A stretch of DNA of 60,985 bases, filler included, from Hausera hauseri (lineage: Eukaryota): the NCBI GenBank assembly GCA_046269625.1. It is 11 parts of 11 records of this genome, joined end to end, with 100 filler letters (N's around TTAATTAATTAA, not from the genome) between each part and the next. Parts side by side here need not be neighbours in the genome. Positions count along the whole stretch, not along the records: positions 35,957 to 41,699 come from JBJURY010196525.1; positions 41,800 to 46,106 come from JBJURY010644886.1; positions 46,207 to 50,269 come from JBJURY010785646.1; positions 50,370 to 56,673 come from JBJURY010115209.1; 7 more parts are not named here. One strand, given 5' to 3'. Position 1 is the first letter of the stretch, and each line of letters begins with the position of its first letter. The notes under the pieces are model-generated. The model saw nothing but the letters and a program-made list of their open reading frames with translations, did not search any database and was not told the DNA's origin. The position numbers and the translations under genes are program-made. Shown here piece by piece: positions 36,963 to 50,960 of the stretch.

Positions 36963-39900
36963 TGTGAAGTTTTTTGAGGCCGAAAATCGGGTCCGAATAT
37001 GGATCCGACGAGGCGACAATGGACGCCTGGCCGTGCCCAACCAAATGGGCCAAAGGGCACCGGCCGCCGTTGGCACCACATCACCCTCCGTGCAAGGTTA
37101 AAACTATAAAGAGTAAAAGCGACAGAAAGAAAAAATCGCGAAACAAAAAGTGTCTGTGTCTATTGGTCTTAGTTTGAACAAGATGTTGGGTGCCTTCTAC
37201 TGATTTTTCCCTGCTGTACATGCTAAATGTGACTCTGCGTTGTTTGTCTGTATGCGGTGTGTCTGCTTGCAGAGTTTGAAGTTGGGGTAAAATTGTCGGA
37301 TTTTGGTGTAAGTGTTGTGTCGTGTAAAGTCGAGTCAGAATGAAGAGAAGGAGAAGGTGAAAGAGAAAGAGAGATTGTTGGAGACGGACGATTGGAGGTA
37401 TTCAAGAGAATTGTAAAAGATGAGGGACTGGTAAAGGACATAGTGGCGGATGAATAAGTAGGGACAGAAATTGGACTAGAAATTGGAATTGTATTAGGTG
37501 AAAGAGTAGAAGTAGAAAATGAAACATGGGAGTTGTAGAGATAGGAAGTGTGATAGGAATAGAAATAGAAGGTGTAGAAAATGATGAAGCAGAACTAGGA
37601 GCAAAAGGAGGAGGTGGAACAGGTGTAGCAACAGGTATAGGAACAACAGGGAGTGTAGAAGTGAGAAAAGAGGTGGATGTGTCGATTGGAGAAGTATTAT
37701 CGACAAAGAAGGAGGGTTTTAAGTTGATGATATGCACTGTAAGCTCTTAGCCGTATTTAAAAATAATAGTGTTGTGTGAATGCAACGGTACCAGTTTATA
37801 GGGCCCCAGATACCGCGGCTGAAAACCGCACGGCGTTTGATTTTTAACCATACAAATTTTGCCAAATACAAATCTTCGGGTAAATATGTTTTGTCTTTAT
37901 AAAGTAACCTGCAGAACGAATCTTTGCTGACCGTAACGAAGTGATTTTGCGCCGCCCGTATCGTGCCATCTGTAGCAGTGTCGTCCAGGGCATTTAGTTC
38001 GAATAATGATAGTACAGTAGTTCCAAATAAGGCTTCAGTAGGTGAGCATCCCGTAGAAGTAGACGGAGTGTTCCGCCAACCAGCAGAATAAATGGAAGAA
38101 GATTCGTTCAACTAGTGCTGGACTCTTCCAGAATTCTTAGTGACGTTTTCAATGTTCGGTGAAAATGTTCTAAAAGGCCATTCGATTGGGGTAATAAGGC
38201 ATAGTATGAATGTGATGGATCCCCAATCGCTTAACAAGGAATTTGAACAGGTTGTATTTAAACTTTGGACCCTGGTCCGTGATGATGAAACGAGATGATA
38301 CCAACTTGGTAATCCATGTACAAATGAAAACGTCAGCTATAGTGTACGTATTTGTGCTCCGCAGAGGGATGGCTTCTGGTTATCGCGAGGAACGGTCTAT
38401 CATGGTGAGGATGAATTGATGACCGTTGTCTGGAGGAAGAAAGCCGATATGCACGGATTCGAAACGCGATGTGCAGAAAAAGTGGAACAGTGGTGGCTTT
38501 AAATGCTTAGTTATTTTGTATTTTTGGCAAGCCACACAATCCTAAAACCAATGCCTGCACATCGGAACGCATTGACGGCCATATTACTTGTCGACGAAGT
38601 AAACGAAAAGTGGCTTTAGCACCGCGGTGGTGGAGCGAATGTACACTGTTGAAAGCTTGCCTTTGCAATGATGGTGCAAGGATTATTAAGATATGACCTT
38701 GTTTGGAAGTGTCTAAAGCCACGCCGTCAACGATTGTACAAGACTCGAAAGAATTAAGCATGTCCTGAAATGGCTGGTTCTGTTGAAGTTGAGCTTGCGT
38801 AAAAATCGGTGAAAAATTAATCAAACTAACCGACCTAGATAAAAAGTCTAAAACTGAATTATTAACCCCGTTAATGTGTTTTATGTCGAAGTTAAATGTG
38901 GATAAGTATGACATCTGTCGTTCTTGTCGTGTGGAAGGATGTTTCATAGTCATGATGTTAAATAAGGGCTTGTGATCAGTTTGTATAGTAAAATGGCGAA
39001 CGACAAGTAGGTGGGAGAAATGCTTTAAAGCGAGAACGATGGCCAATAATTCTCGATCGAACGTTGAATATATTGTTTCAGGGGATGTTAGCTTACGAGG
39101 GAAAAATTCTAGCGGTTGATTTTCTCCTTTGTGGATCTGGTAAATCGCAGCACCTACTTTAGTGGCTGCAGCGTCTGTAGTAAGAATGAGTTCAACATCG
39201 GGCTTGGGGAAAGCGAGAATGTCGACGGTCTTAATTCCTTCGCGTAGCTTGTCAAATTTATCAACCAATTCAGGTGTTCACTGGATTGACTGATGTTTTT
39301 GCCGCCGCTTAAGTGTGCGAATGCTGCTGTCAATTCAGAGCAATATGGTACATATTTATGAACAAAGTGTGGTGTACCAAGGAAGCTGCGCATTTAAGTG
39401 GTCGTACGTGGTAACTAGATATTTTTAAGGACTTCAACTCGGTCTGGTTGAGGAGAGTGGCCGTCTGGTCAAGTAACATGGCCCAAAAAGTTAATGCATT
39501 TTTTGAAGAAATGGCATTTGTTAAAATTTATTTGGAGATTATGGTGGTTAAGGCGTTGGAAATTTGCACGAAGGTGTTCCTCGTGTTGTCGGCTAAAGAC
39601 TAATTGATCAGAATATCATCAATGTAAGGGTGCGCAAATGGAAATCTGAGAGAATTGAGTCGATATATCGCTGGAAAGTCTGTTCGGCATGTCGTAAACC
39701 GAATGGCATAAACGGGTACTCATAGATGCCAAAGGAGTGGTGACAGCAGTCTTTACTGTGTCTTCGGGTGCAACTGGTATTTGGTGGTATGCTTTGGCCA
39801 AATCAATGGTCGAATAAATTGTGGTTGAATTAAGGCGGTGCAAGATATCCTTGATGAGTGGCAAGAGGTACGCATCCATAATTGTCACGTTGTTCAACTC

Positions 39901-41699
39901 TCGATAGTCACCGCATGGTCTAACAGTTCCGTCCTTTTTTGTACAACATGCAAAGGTGACGACCAAGTAGATTTGGCACGACATACAATGCCGGAGTGTT
40001 CAAGTTCAAGAAATTCGGCTTCTACGGTATGCCTACGACGAGGTGACAGTGGTCGTACCATTTGGCGTATTGTTCGCTGATGCTGTGTAATTATGTGATG
40101 TACAGTGTTGTTTGCAGGAGTAAACGTACGATTTTTTTAAGTATTCGTAGACATGATGTGTTGATGAATTGCTGTAAAGTTTTAGCAACTGTGAGAGATT
40201 CGGTGATGATGGTAAAACGGTTTGAGTAGTAGCGGATGCAATTTGTGAACTGTTTGGTGATGTGCAGTCAAGTTGTATTTGGTGTAAGATGATCGAATTG
40301 AAAATGGCGTTGGATGAAGTGATTTCGACATGTAAATTAACGTTGGTGACAGTACCACAATTGGCGACATCGAACCTCGACTGGATTTCAATATTATTAT
40401 TTAAAAATTTACGGTCTGAAATATTACGAAAATTCAAAGTAGTTTTTGGTTTTCCCAAAATTGATCCCCGCGTCTCGATCGACTGCTCGGTAGTTGAAAT
40501 GCTATTGACATGCTCTGTAACGCTGCCAATGATGCAGCTCCTTATACATCGTTGACTACAGTCACCAATAAATTATGTGATAAAAAATCGGACCTTAGAA
40601 TTACCGTCTGATCGTTAGCAACTGTGAACGTCCAGTTGAAAGGTGAAAGAAATTTTGGTATGATAAAAGATAGTTTAGTCATGCCAGAAATGTGCAGCGG
40701 TTGACCTGAAGCGATGTATAAGGGTTTAATTCTGAATGGTGAATTTTGTACAGGAACGGTTTGTGGTAATAAGGAATTTGCTGCACCTGTATGAACGAGG
40801 AAATCAACGGATTGCGTTGTAGGAGCGGTGATTGCAGCCTTTAGAGTAAAGACAGCAAAAGAGGCGTGTCGGCATTCAGAAGGTGAAGCAGTGCCTTTGC
40901 CAGAGTTTCCGTGACTTCTGGAGGCAAACTTTGTTTTTTTGGAATGGTAAACTAGGACGACTATTAGAAGAAGAGGTAGCATGTTTGTCTTTGGTATGTT
41001 TTGAAAGTCAGCCTGGAATGCATGTATGGGCTTGATTTTTAAACTTTGTGTGGTAAGTGCAAACAATGGTGTCGGAAAAGAAGCTTTTATTATAAAATCT
41101 GCACCCTAGGCAGCATATTTTGGCATTTTTATTGATTCTGCTGTGATAATAGCAGATAGACGACCGCGCAGGCTATGGTGACCGGTTTCTAGGTACAGAA
41201 TAGGCGCGAGCAGCGACAAACTCCCTTCATCGGGACAGCGAAAATTCATTTAATTTATTATTAACATTGTTAATTGTTGCGTGTAGTGCTGTATTTTAGG
41301 CACGTAGCTGAATTAACTGCTGTCCTATAGTTACATTGTTGTTTTGAATACCATTTGCAGCAACCGCCGCCGAAACTATTGTTGGGGAGTTTAAGTGTAA
41401 AACGTCATGTCTTGTCGGCTAATTCGGCCAATTTTTTAGAGCCATGGAATCCTCCACGATGGTAAGTAAGGCCCGTTGAGTAAGTAATGGCAAAGCAGTT
41501 CTGGATTATGTTCTTTCGTGACGCCGATGGTTTGTAGGTGTGCCAAAGAAGTACGTAAAAAGTCTGATGGTCGTTGTGTACCTATGTTGTTGTCGTGAAA
41601 GAAGCGTTGTATGATAGTGTCCATGTAGGGTTCTGTGATCTTAAGAACGGCGTTGAAGAGTTGTGAATACGGATCAGGAAGTTCGAAGATTTGAATGAT
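36963..41699 (-). mobile_element. Decayed Ty3/Gypsy element (gag, PR, RT, RH, IN, S/T/P-rich tail, PPT, short 3' LTR)
   Basis: FLVHTGAANSLLP, KKDGTVRPCGDYRELN, IDLAKAYHQIPV..KTAVTTP, LTTDA, YSTFDRELLAI, TDHKPL, ITDQGPKF; PPT GGAGGGTGA 37081-37089 then TGTGGTGCC at 37080. Confidence 0.9.
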
Positions 41700-41915
41700 N
41701 NNNNNNNNNNNNNNNNNNNNNNNNNNNNNNNNNNNNNNNNNNNTTAATTAATTAANNNNNNNNNNNNNNNNNNNNNNNNNNNNNNNNNNNNNNNNNNNNT
41801 TAGTGAAAACAGAAGACAAATGGTCGGATTGTGACGAATTTTTCTTAATAAAATTTTAAGTGTTCAATTCTTACGAAATTGTCTAATAAGTAAACAAGAC
41901 ATTTAAATACATTTA

Positions 41916-42218
41916 TTACACATATTGGCTAATAAGCCATTCTATAAAATAATTGCCACATAACATAGTCAAAGGGTTTTGATACATAATGTCATTGTAT
42001 TCCACAGGAGCAGACATAGGCTCTAATTTCGTCACCAAAGCAGCAGGATAGTACATTCCCAGCATGTCGAATACACGAATAATATCCTTTCGCACATCTA
42101 TAGCTATCCGATGTTTACCTGGTAGATTCGCTGTATGAGTATTTACAACATATGCACCTTCATTAAGAAAATTTGGCAATAGCTCCGGCGGATAAACACT
42201 TCGGAATCGATTTTCCAA
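41916..42218 (-). CDS. Adenain-like cysteine protease of a Polinton/adintovirus (probably decayed)
   Basis: FRSVYP..LLP..YVVNT...PGKH.IAI....FD..G..YN..YQ....LCG.Y: His, Asp, Gln, Cys in adenain spacing; usual HW is HR. Confidence 0.8.
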   Translation of the reverse strand: MENRFRSVYPPELLPNFLNEGAYVVNTHTANLPGKHRIAIDVRKDIIRVFDMLGMYYPAALVTKLEPMSAPVEYNDIMYQNPLTMLCGNYFIEWLISQYV

Positions 42219-42789
42219 CTTACGTTTTAGCTGACTATGTATCTGAAGTATACTGTATTAAATAAGTAGGTAGATATGCTGGTTCCGGAGAGGGGGTACA
42301 AAGTCCACGAGTATGAGTCGTATTACGGTGGTTTAAGAGTGATTTCCGGTCAATTCGGCCAAGCGGAGTTGAATGGTGCAGTCAGTTTTTCGAAATAGTC
42401 AAAGCATAACTCAAGAAACGCGAAAGAAATTTTAGAAGCAAAAATACTGGGAAAAGATAGTGAGATTCACAAGTACAAGAGCCAAACGAAAAAATTAGTT
42501 AAAATTGTTTAGAAAAAAGTATTCAGTAAGAAAGATTTTTGTCAGTTTTGGGCGTTTACTTACGCTGTTATAGACACTTTCGCCATTGGGTGTATCGGGA
42601 AATAAATTATCGCCCCCTGTCCTAGGGTATAGAACGTCAAAACAGTTGATCATCCTTTTCTCCATTTGCAGCCAGCGTCTGTATGGTGCCTTAGATATGA
42701 TGTGTGCTGTTCAGGTCCTCCTTCCACTGTTCTGCACCAGGTACCATCGGTGTCTGTCTGTCTTTTTTCTTCTTTTCCTGTCATGATTG

Positions 42790-42970
42790 TGGTAAAGTCC
42801 TCTGGGTTCTTCCCGAGGACATACTTAATCCATCTCCATTACTGTTTATTATTTTAACCAATGTGTTTAAATCTTCCGACCGCTTCCGGCGAGGGGTTCA
42901 TGGTTACCAATGGCCTGTAGCAGGGACCTCTGTGAATTTTTCTTACGGATATGCGTGACATGATGACAAC
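42790..42970 (+). pseudogene. Possible LINE RT remnant
   Basis: SPLLFIIL.N followed by a YA*HDD-like motif. Confidence 0.3.
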
Positions 42971-43995
42971 TTTGACATACTTTTTTCTGTTGCTCTCCAT
43001 CATTCTTCTCCATTCAGCAGCTGCGGAGAAGCTGGCCTATTGTTCAGCAATGAGATATCACTTTAATTTAAAAGAAAGCAAGCAAAGAGGACAGTGCTGA
43101 TGTTTTCTCTTGCTGCAGTGGGTGCGAGGGTCTGGGCGGGGGTTGTGCTCTCCCTATTTCCTGTTCAAACCTTGGGGGAGCTGGGATTTGGATGAAGTGA
43201 GGTCATTTCTTGTTCTAACTGTAAAGTTGAGTGGAAAAGGAAAAGGGGAGCAGAGGAGAGCTCGTTCCTCTTCGTACTCACATTATGGCTGCTTTGTTTC
43301 AGACTGGGCGTCCATTTTCAGGAAGCGCACACTTTGTCACTATTATGCTGTCAAAAAATGAATATGAGGAAGAGATTATAAAATATTGGAAGCAGCATTT
43401 CACCCACCATTATGCTGGATTACATTACATATTTGCATTGAGGACACAAGAGTTGCAGCTTGTTTTGTAGCTGCACCATCTTGACATCTTGCAGTCACTG
43501 AGTTGACCGTGAACTCTTCTAAATATTAAGCTACTTTCAAGTCACATGTCAACCAGTCTCCCTAACGACTGACGCTTGACCCACTTCAGGTCATGCGAGT
43601 ACAGCTTCAAATCAACACAACGGCTGAAAAGGCTCAAGGAAGGAAGAAAATAAGAGAAACAAGTCTCCTTGTTGTTTTTAGACACGTGTCAAACTCAGAT
43701 GCCCAAAATGGGGCATTTTATGTGGCCCTCGAGAGGTTCGAAGACGCATTAATGTCTTAGAATAAGCTGCTCTAAAGCCAGCATTGACCATGAACTACAT
43801 TTCTCATAATGCATGTTGATTATTTTACCCGCAAAAATGATGACATCCCTCCACTGGGTGAAGGTGCACCAGGTTCAAAATCAAAGCTAAACTTGCAGTG
43901 TTATTTCTCCATTTCACTGCGCTTTTATGGAGTACCGAACCTGTCATAATGAGAAATAAAAACAAAAATACATACAGTTAGAAATAAAAGCAGAA

Positions 43996-44420
43996 ATATA
44001 TTGTTTTTCCATTTCCTTACACATGTTTTTTCATCAAGAAATGTCAATTTTTGGTTTTACTTTTCCTTATACATGCATTTTCATCAAGAAATGTATATAT
44101 TTTGTTTTTCCTTTTTCTTACACATGCGGTTTCATCAAGAAATGTAAATAAATATTGTTTTTCCTTTACCTCACACATGCCTTTACATCAAGGAATGTTT
44201 ATATATTTTCTTTTCCTTTTCCTCACCCATGTGTTTAAGTCAAGAAATGTCAATGTATTGTTTTTCCTTTTCCTCAGACATGCGGTTGAATTAAGTAATG
44301 TAAATACATATAGTTTTTACTTTTCTTCACACATGCATTTTTATTAAGAAATACATATATTTTCTTTTACCTTTTCCCTAGACATGCATTTTCATCCAGA
44401 AATATATATATTTTGTTTTG
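43996..44420 (+). repeat. About 50-55-bp minisatellite, about 8 degenerate copies
   Basis: TTGTTTTTCCTTTT.CT.ACACATG..TTTCATCAAGAAATGT units. Confidence 0.85.
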
Positions 44421-46728
44421 CCTTTGCTTTATACAAGCGTTTTTCCTTTTGTCATTTCCTCGTCTGTCTGTTTTACTTTATCGCATGCATTTCTGCCTCA
44501 TATGCAAATGAGGAGGGCTGTCTTGTGGTCCAGCTCCTCTACTATTGGTCAATAAACAGGAAGGAGCGACTTCCATGTATGGGCTGCAGCTCACACTCTA
44601 CATCAGTAGGTGGCGCTAACGCACCTTCTCGTTGTTTACTTACCACCAAAAACAAACCAAGAAGAAGAAGCCATGGTGCAGAGCTGTGTGAACCTGACCC
44701 ATTAGTTCTTTAGATTTAGGAGGAAGTCGTTTGTCACTTGCACAAATCTGTGTACCACCCAAGAACAGTTGGAAGACCGGGATATTTGCTGCCCGCTGAG
44801 GCCTTTGAATCGTTTTAGCTTGCGGGTGTGTCAGTCAAGGATTTTGACGAACTTTTCACCAAGCTGAAGTTGGCTTCCGATTTGGGAAATTTACTACCTC
44901 AACCGTATTTAATCTGCTCCAGCTCCAAAACCACAACACCTAGACTCATCAAACCAGGACTACATTATTCTACACTAATAAGAGAATGTTTTAAACTAAG
45001 TTTGAGATTTGTGAAAGTTTATTATGATTTATGAATCTTCTACAAATGTCGCTTTTCATCATTTTTCAGGCAACTGGACAACACTAGACCTGGTCCAGCT
45101 CCAAAACCACAACACCTGGACTCTTCAAACATGGACTAGATTATTCTACACTAATAAAATAATATTGATAAATTATCCATTTAAAGAGGGATGCACTTCA
45201 GAAAGACACATTTAGGCCATTTTTAAGATCGAGAGCTTTCATGCCCAGCTGATAAAAGCATAACAAATGACACATTTATCTATCTAGTGTCCTCGCAAAC
45301 ACGCTCATAAACGTCCAACTCACAGACATGCACGGACACTTATATTCACATAAAATGCAGTGTCACGTCAAGCCTGCCATGGCTGTGCAGAGGTGCTGTC
45401 CCACTTGTCAGCTCCGAGATGAAATGCCAGATTGCTGTCAAGAAAACACACAGCATATTTGGCTGGGCTATTTGAGCTTTTTCGTTGATTTCAGATATTT
45501 TAGTTAGGTAAACATAAGCATGGCAGCAACAAAAAGAATAGATTGAATGTTTATGATGTGATAGGTCAAACTGGCAACACAAAACTTTTGCAAATATGGG
45601 GACATTTCTTTACTTAACTGATCAATTTTGCTGGTCTATCTACCCATTCATCCTGTCACCCATCCATATATCTAAACCATATTTTAGCTTTTTCCAGAGG
45701 CTAAAACATGCTTTATGACCTGGGGAGACCCAATGCAATCCGAGAGTCTAAATTCTTAACATTTATTTGAAAATATAAGACCGTAAAAGGAAAATCAATG
45801 GCCCAGAGCAAAATCAAAAAAAAAAGTTACAAGTAATTGCTGAAATGGCCAAACATGGTTTACAAATTCTGTTTGATAACATTAGCATGTGAAACTGATT
45901 TGTGTAGAACATAACCTTAGCACGTGAAACTGAATTGTATAGAACATATAACCTTAGCACAACCTTACAAACTGATGTTTGTGGAACGACATTCTGTATT
46001 AGCTACATGGACCACGAACATATGACAATATGTTCGGATTAGTCAACGTGTTGAAAATTGATGTTGAGAGATCAAAATTAGAGAGAATTTCACGATGTGG
46101 CGGGGGNNNNNNNNNNNNNNNNNNNNNNNNNNNNNNNNNNNNNNNNNNNNTTAATTAATTAANNNNNNNNNNNNNNNNNNNNNNNNNNNNNNNNNNNNNN
46201 NNNNNNTGTAGCTAGTAATGGGAAATACTTTGAATGATTCAATTGTAACCATTTTTCACAATAAAGTGGCATTTTCATAAGAAAACAGCGAGAACTTAGT
46301 TGCGCACTTAATACAAAGATCGGATATCAAGTTTGTCGTTCATGTTATATCAAAGCACAATGTATTCGTCTATTATCAGCCAGAGGAATATTATTTCTTC
46401 CTTCTATATACATGAGAGGTTTACACATGAGCAATATCATGTTATGATTCAAATATAATACGAATATAATTCAGATATCATTGGTCAAAATGGCAAACAT
46501 TACGTTGTTTCCTAAAATGCTTTTGCATGTTAGAGGCAAATTGAAGACATGCTAAGTGATGTAACATTTTAAAAGCAGAATATTGCACAATCAAAGCTTT
46601 CTTCGCAAAAATACTTTTCGTATTACTAAGTAGCATAAAATTTTGCACTTGCAGAATCTTTTGAACTTATAAAACACTGACTAGCGGTAAGGTACTGTTC
46701 CTTGTCAGAAGTGCAAAAATGTTTTCTG

Positions 46729-48546
46729 TTAACCCTTGAACTTCAAGCAAATAAGTTACGTTTGGGATCGCGTGGGTCATTTTGACCCATAAATTGCAAT
46801 TTCATGATTAATATTATTTTATTAGCTGTGTTTGTTGTCTTATGTTAGTAAAATGAAATTAACTCATGATTAACTTTTAGTTCACCGGAAAAAGTAATAA
46901 ATAAGTGTAAACTAATAGAAGGTTATACTCTTTGAATTCAGATACTTTGATAAAGGTCAGTATTTTCTCCCGAAACATTTAGCATTTAGTTTATAAGTGT
47001 TATTTGATTTATTATTAATTTGCTATTTATTTTTAGTGCTACATTTTTTAAATAAAAATATTGTACATGCAATGAAACATTCTATTATTATTGACATCGT
47101 TTACGTACAATACAAAACTACAGATGTTTGTACAAATATAGATATTCTATTTATAACAGTCCTGCATTATTTTTCAGTGTAACCATGTCAAGAGGTGTTA
47201 AACGACTACATAGTTGTGCAAATGCCCTGAATTTAGTACTGTCAGTAACTTCTAATGACGAAAATGATGTAGAATATGAACTGCCTGAATCTAATGTATC
47301 TTCTGACAATGAATGTGACAGTTACGAAGGTGATTTGCCACAGCTTCCACTGCAGCAAATGAAATTGATAATAATGCACAAAATGAAGACGATGATAGTG
47401 AATTGGAATGCAAGCCTAACGTTTTGCCTTCTTGTAATGAAGTTATTCAGCACGTCATAGAATGCATCAATGCTGTAGTTAAAATATTTACTGAACAGTA
47501 CATCAGCAGTGTTGGAACCATATGGAAAACAAATCCTCTTCCGGATGAATGTACACAGGCCGTAAATGGATGCGGGTTGAATGCATATGATTGCCGTCAT
47601 TGCAGTGAAAATGCTGTTTCCAATTGGGATATCTTTTGATAACACTATTTTGGACACAATTATACAGTGCACTAATGACAAATCAAAGTGCATTTATTCT
47701 CATTTTGTAATCGACGCAGATGAACTATCTAAATACGTTGGCCTAGCTATACTTTTTGGCGTGTACAAGGGTAGAAATGAGCCTGTGAGAGCAATATGGT
47801 CAGAGTAAGAAGGATGGGAATGCATAGGTCGGTTTATGAGTTGACAAAGATTTGAAGAAATCACGAAATTTCTGAGATTTTATCTTGCATATACTGGACA
47901 GAGAAGACACCGGCACTATAAGTTTTCTCCAATTGAAGCAGTGTTTTATACGACCCTGTATTCTATTTGAATATGTCACCGTTGATGAAGTACTAGTCCC
48001 ATCCCGTGGCCGTTGCAGGTTTAAGCAGTACGTGTCATCAAAAGTCGCTAAATATAGCATGGGGTTTGATGTCTCTGCGATGCATCAACTGGATACTGCC
48101 TTCCTATGAAACCCTATCTTGGAATAGATAATAGAGAAAGTCACCAATGAGTTTGAGTCATCAAAACAGTCGTGACAGATAATCTCTCTACATCGTTGAA
48201 TCTCCTGCAAGAACTACGTGCTCGTAATTTAGGTCTTCTTGAAAACATGAGAGAAAATCGTCAAGAACTTCCAAAAGATTTCACCAACAAGACAGGCTAT
48301 ACCCTTTCTTCAATTTTTGGCTTCAGTGCTGATGCGACGCTAGTTTCATTTGTTCCAAAGAAAAACAAGCGTATTGTGCTAGTCTCCAGCGAACACACAA
48401 GATCTGATGTTGACGATGAGTCAAAGAAGTCCAAAATTATACTAAATTACAATCAAGGAAAAGGTGGTGTCCATCATTTACATCAAATGTGTGAAACATA
48501 CATATCACACAAACGAATTTTGAGATGGCCAAAATGCGTGTTTTAG
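46729..48546 (+). mobile_element. piggyBac transposon remnant (left end and decayed PGBD-like transposase)
   Basis: TTAA-CCCTT end at 46729; VTVDEVLVP.RGRC.FKQY..SK.AKY, VTDN..TS, R.NR.ELP, YNQGKGGV, RWP..VF. Confidence 0.88.
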
Positions 48547-48939
48547 CATACGTAGGTAGAAGTGAGCGTATGGCGCCACACCCCCAGGGAAGAAAGCATT
48601 GAGCGTGGGAAAATTTACAGGACCGTGGGAAAATATTTATGTTATCGAAAATTTTTGTCTCTTAGTAGCTAATTTATTTTGAAAGTACTATCGTGTGCAG
48701 AATTTAATTCTGCGTCGAATGGTGTATGAGTCAACTTCATATGACTTTTCCCTGTTGTGCTATAGCACAAAAATGTGTCTGATCGTGGTTTCACAATTCC
48801 CAACCCTAGAATGAAACATTCTGGCGCAGACAGGGTTTCACTATTTCCACCTCCAGAACAGAGCCAAAGTAATAAAATATAAGAGATTGAAAACTTTTAT
48901 TGATATAACATATACAAAAAATATGTACGAAGAAAATGT

Positions 48940-50269
48940 TCACATATTTATACAGTAATGTCCGTAAGCAACACTTTTCTTTTTGTCAATCCATTGACGT
49001 TTGTCGTCGAACGGGTCCAATGCTTTCTCTTTTGAACTAATTGTCATCAGCTGGTGGTTTTTACGGCCAATTTGCTCCTGATCCACCATGGTGCTGCAAC
49101 CAGTTTCATAACCCTGTAGGTAGTTACTGAACTGTAAGTCTGTCTGCTTGAGATTGATACCTTTGCATTTGAGGACTGGTTTGGTTTGGGTTTTGAGTGC
49201 ATAGGATTTCGGCAGTAGGAAAATTGCCTCTTGATACTGACTGCAGCCCTTGCTCTTGTCTTTAAATTTCCCAATTACAGTTTTGAAATGAGTCGAGTAC
49301 AGCGCATCACTCTTGTCATAGTTTGACGTATCTAGATGTTCATTAGCTATCATTGTTGGTAACAGTTGGGATTTTAAGTCCACACCACGACATTCAACTG
49401 TTTTACCGTATAAGCTACTGTTTTTAAGCTTTAAAATCTTTTTCAAAAGGATTATTTGCTGCAGCCCTCTTTGCAATATTTAGATTGATATAATCCTTGA
49501 ATACGAACTCAACGGCCCGATGTACCTTTTCAACTATAGCACCTAACTCGATGTACAATTGTAAGAGCCGATAGTGAACAACATAGTTGGTTTAGGCTCA
49601 TGTGTAAGAAGTTATTTCTTAACTTTTGAACCAGGAGGACATTTATTAATTGGGACTAGAGGCAACTGGTCCAACTTATCATGTTTGTCAGCAGGAATGC
49701 TTAAGTCGACTTCAAATATTAAACCCAGGTTTTCCGTGACAGTCAATATAGGGTAATTGTTCAATTAGGCTGTTTAACTTATTTTCATCATATATCCATA
49801 CTAAATTCGCAAATGGCAGTGGTTGCGATAAAGCTAAGCCGTATAAATAATTTACATCTGGTCCACCAGGGTCCCACAACCGGATTCATAAGCCTGTAAA
49901 TAGCTGTCGAATTGCAAGTCTGTCTGCTTGGGATTTACGCCTTTGCATTTGAGGACTGGTTTTGTTTGGGTTTGAAGGCGTAGGATTTCGATTGTAGGAA
50001 AATCACCTTTTGATACTGAACACAGCCCTTGCTCTCGTCTTTAAATTTGCCAATTACAGCTGCGAAACGAGTTGAGTACAACGGATCAGTCTTATCATAG
50101 TTTGACGTATCTAACTGCTCATTTGCTATCATTGCCGGTAAGAGTTGCGCTTTTAAGTCCACACCACAGCATTCGATGAAAAAACTGTCTATCACCGGCA
50201 ATAATATTAAGGTCACACAGAAGATGGTGCCTGTCTCCAAGTCGATATAATTCAGCTCATACATCCGTA
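48940..50269 (-). pseudogene. Polinton/adintovirus PolB relic, two rearranged copies of the C-terminal part (AGD variant)
   Basis: LKNSSLYGKTVE, LDTSNYDK.D.LYST, IGKFKDE, FDDKR; 49080-49390 resembles 49860-50175; close to 7056-7493. Confidence 0.88.
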
Positions 50270-50400
50270 NNNNNNNNNNNNNNNNNNNNNNNNNNNNNNN
50301 NNNNNNNNNNNNNTTAATTAATTAANNNNNNNNNNNNNNNNNNNNNNNNNNNNNNNNNNNNNNNNNNNNGTAAAGGCAAAACGCCGTAACTCGAGACTGC

Positions 50401-50422
50401 CGTAAGTCGGGGACTACCTGTA
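50401..50422 (-). mobile_element. Terminus of a Tigger/pogo-like element
   Basis: Reverse reads TA-CAGGTAGTCCCCGACTTACG. Confidence 0.5.
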
Positions 50423-50457
50423 ATGTGCAGGTACCAGAGAATGGCTGAACATAAAAA

Positions 50458-50960
50458 TAGTACCACTTTACAATAAGGCTCCTCTTATAGATGGCTAATA
50501 AATAGTTTATAGAAACGTTGTTAAATCCTCTATAAACACATTCTAAAGCATTAACTACTTATGCTGTAATTAAAGGTGACAGAGACAAAATTGACCAGGT
50601 TTTTGTAAAATAGTGAGCCAAATCTGTTCACCTACATTCGTCTAGAGTTGTTTTATTAAACATTTCAGACCAAGTTACTACTTTGTAAGCAGGATAACAA
50701 TAATCCTAAAAATAAAAAGTTTTACAAATGCTTATTGTGCTTACAAGGTAGTACTTAGTCTGAACTGTTTAATATAACAACTCTAGATGAAATAGAACAG
50801 TTTAGGATATTTGGCAAGAAAATGGTCAGTTTTGTCTGTCACCCTTGATTAATGCATAATAAGTAGTGATTAATATTTATACATTGTTTACAGATGTTTT
50901 AATACCTCTATACTATTTACTACCCATCTATAAAGGGAGCCTTAGTTTAAAGTGGTACCA
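50458..50960. mobile_element. Foldback MITE (about 500 bp, near whole-length inverted repeat)
   Basis: TAGTACCACTTTACAATAAGGCTCCTCTTATAGATGG versus CCATCTATAAAGGGAGCCTTAGTTTAAAGTGGTACCA; inner arms ~50640-50690 and ~50738-50787 also complementary. Confidence 0.8.

Noticed and set aside
37200-37740. S/T/P-rich ORFs as a mucin-like or env gene
   Set aside because: Low-complexity tail between integrase and PPT, broken frames, no signal peptide or clear TM in the continuing frame.
43996-44420. Repeat array as CRISPR, and ORFs 44051-44347 and 44384-44713 as genes
   Set aside because: Degenerate minisatellite; ORFs are low-complexity by-products.
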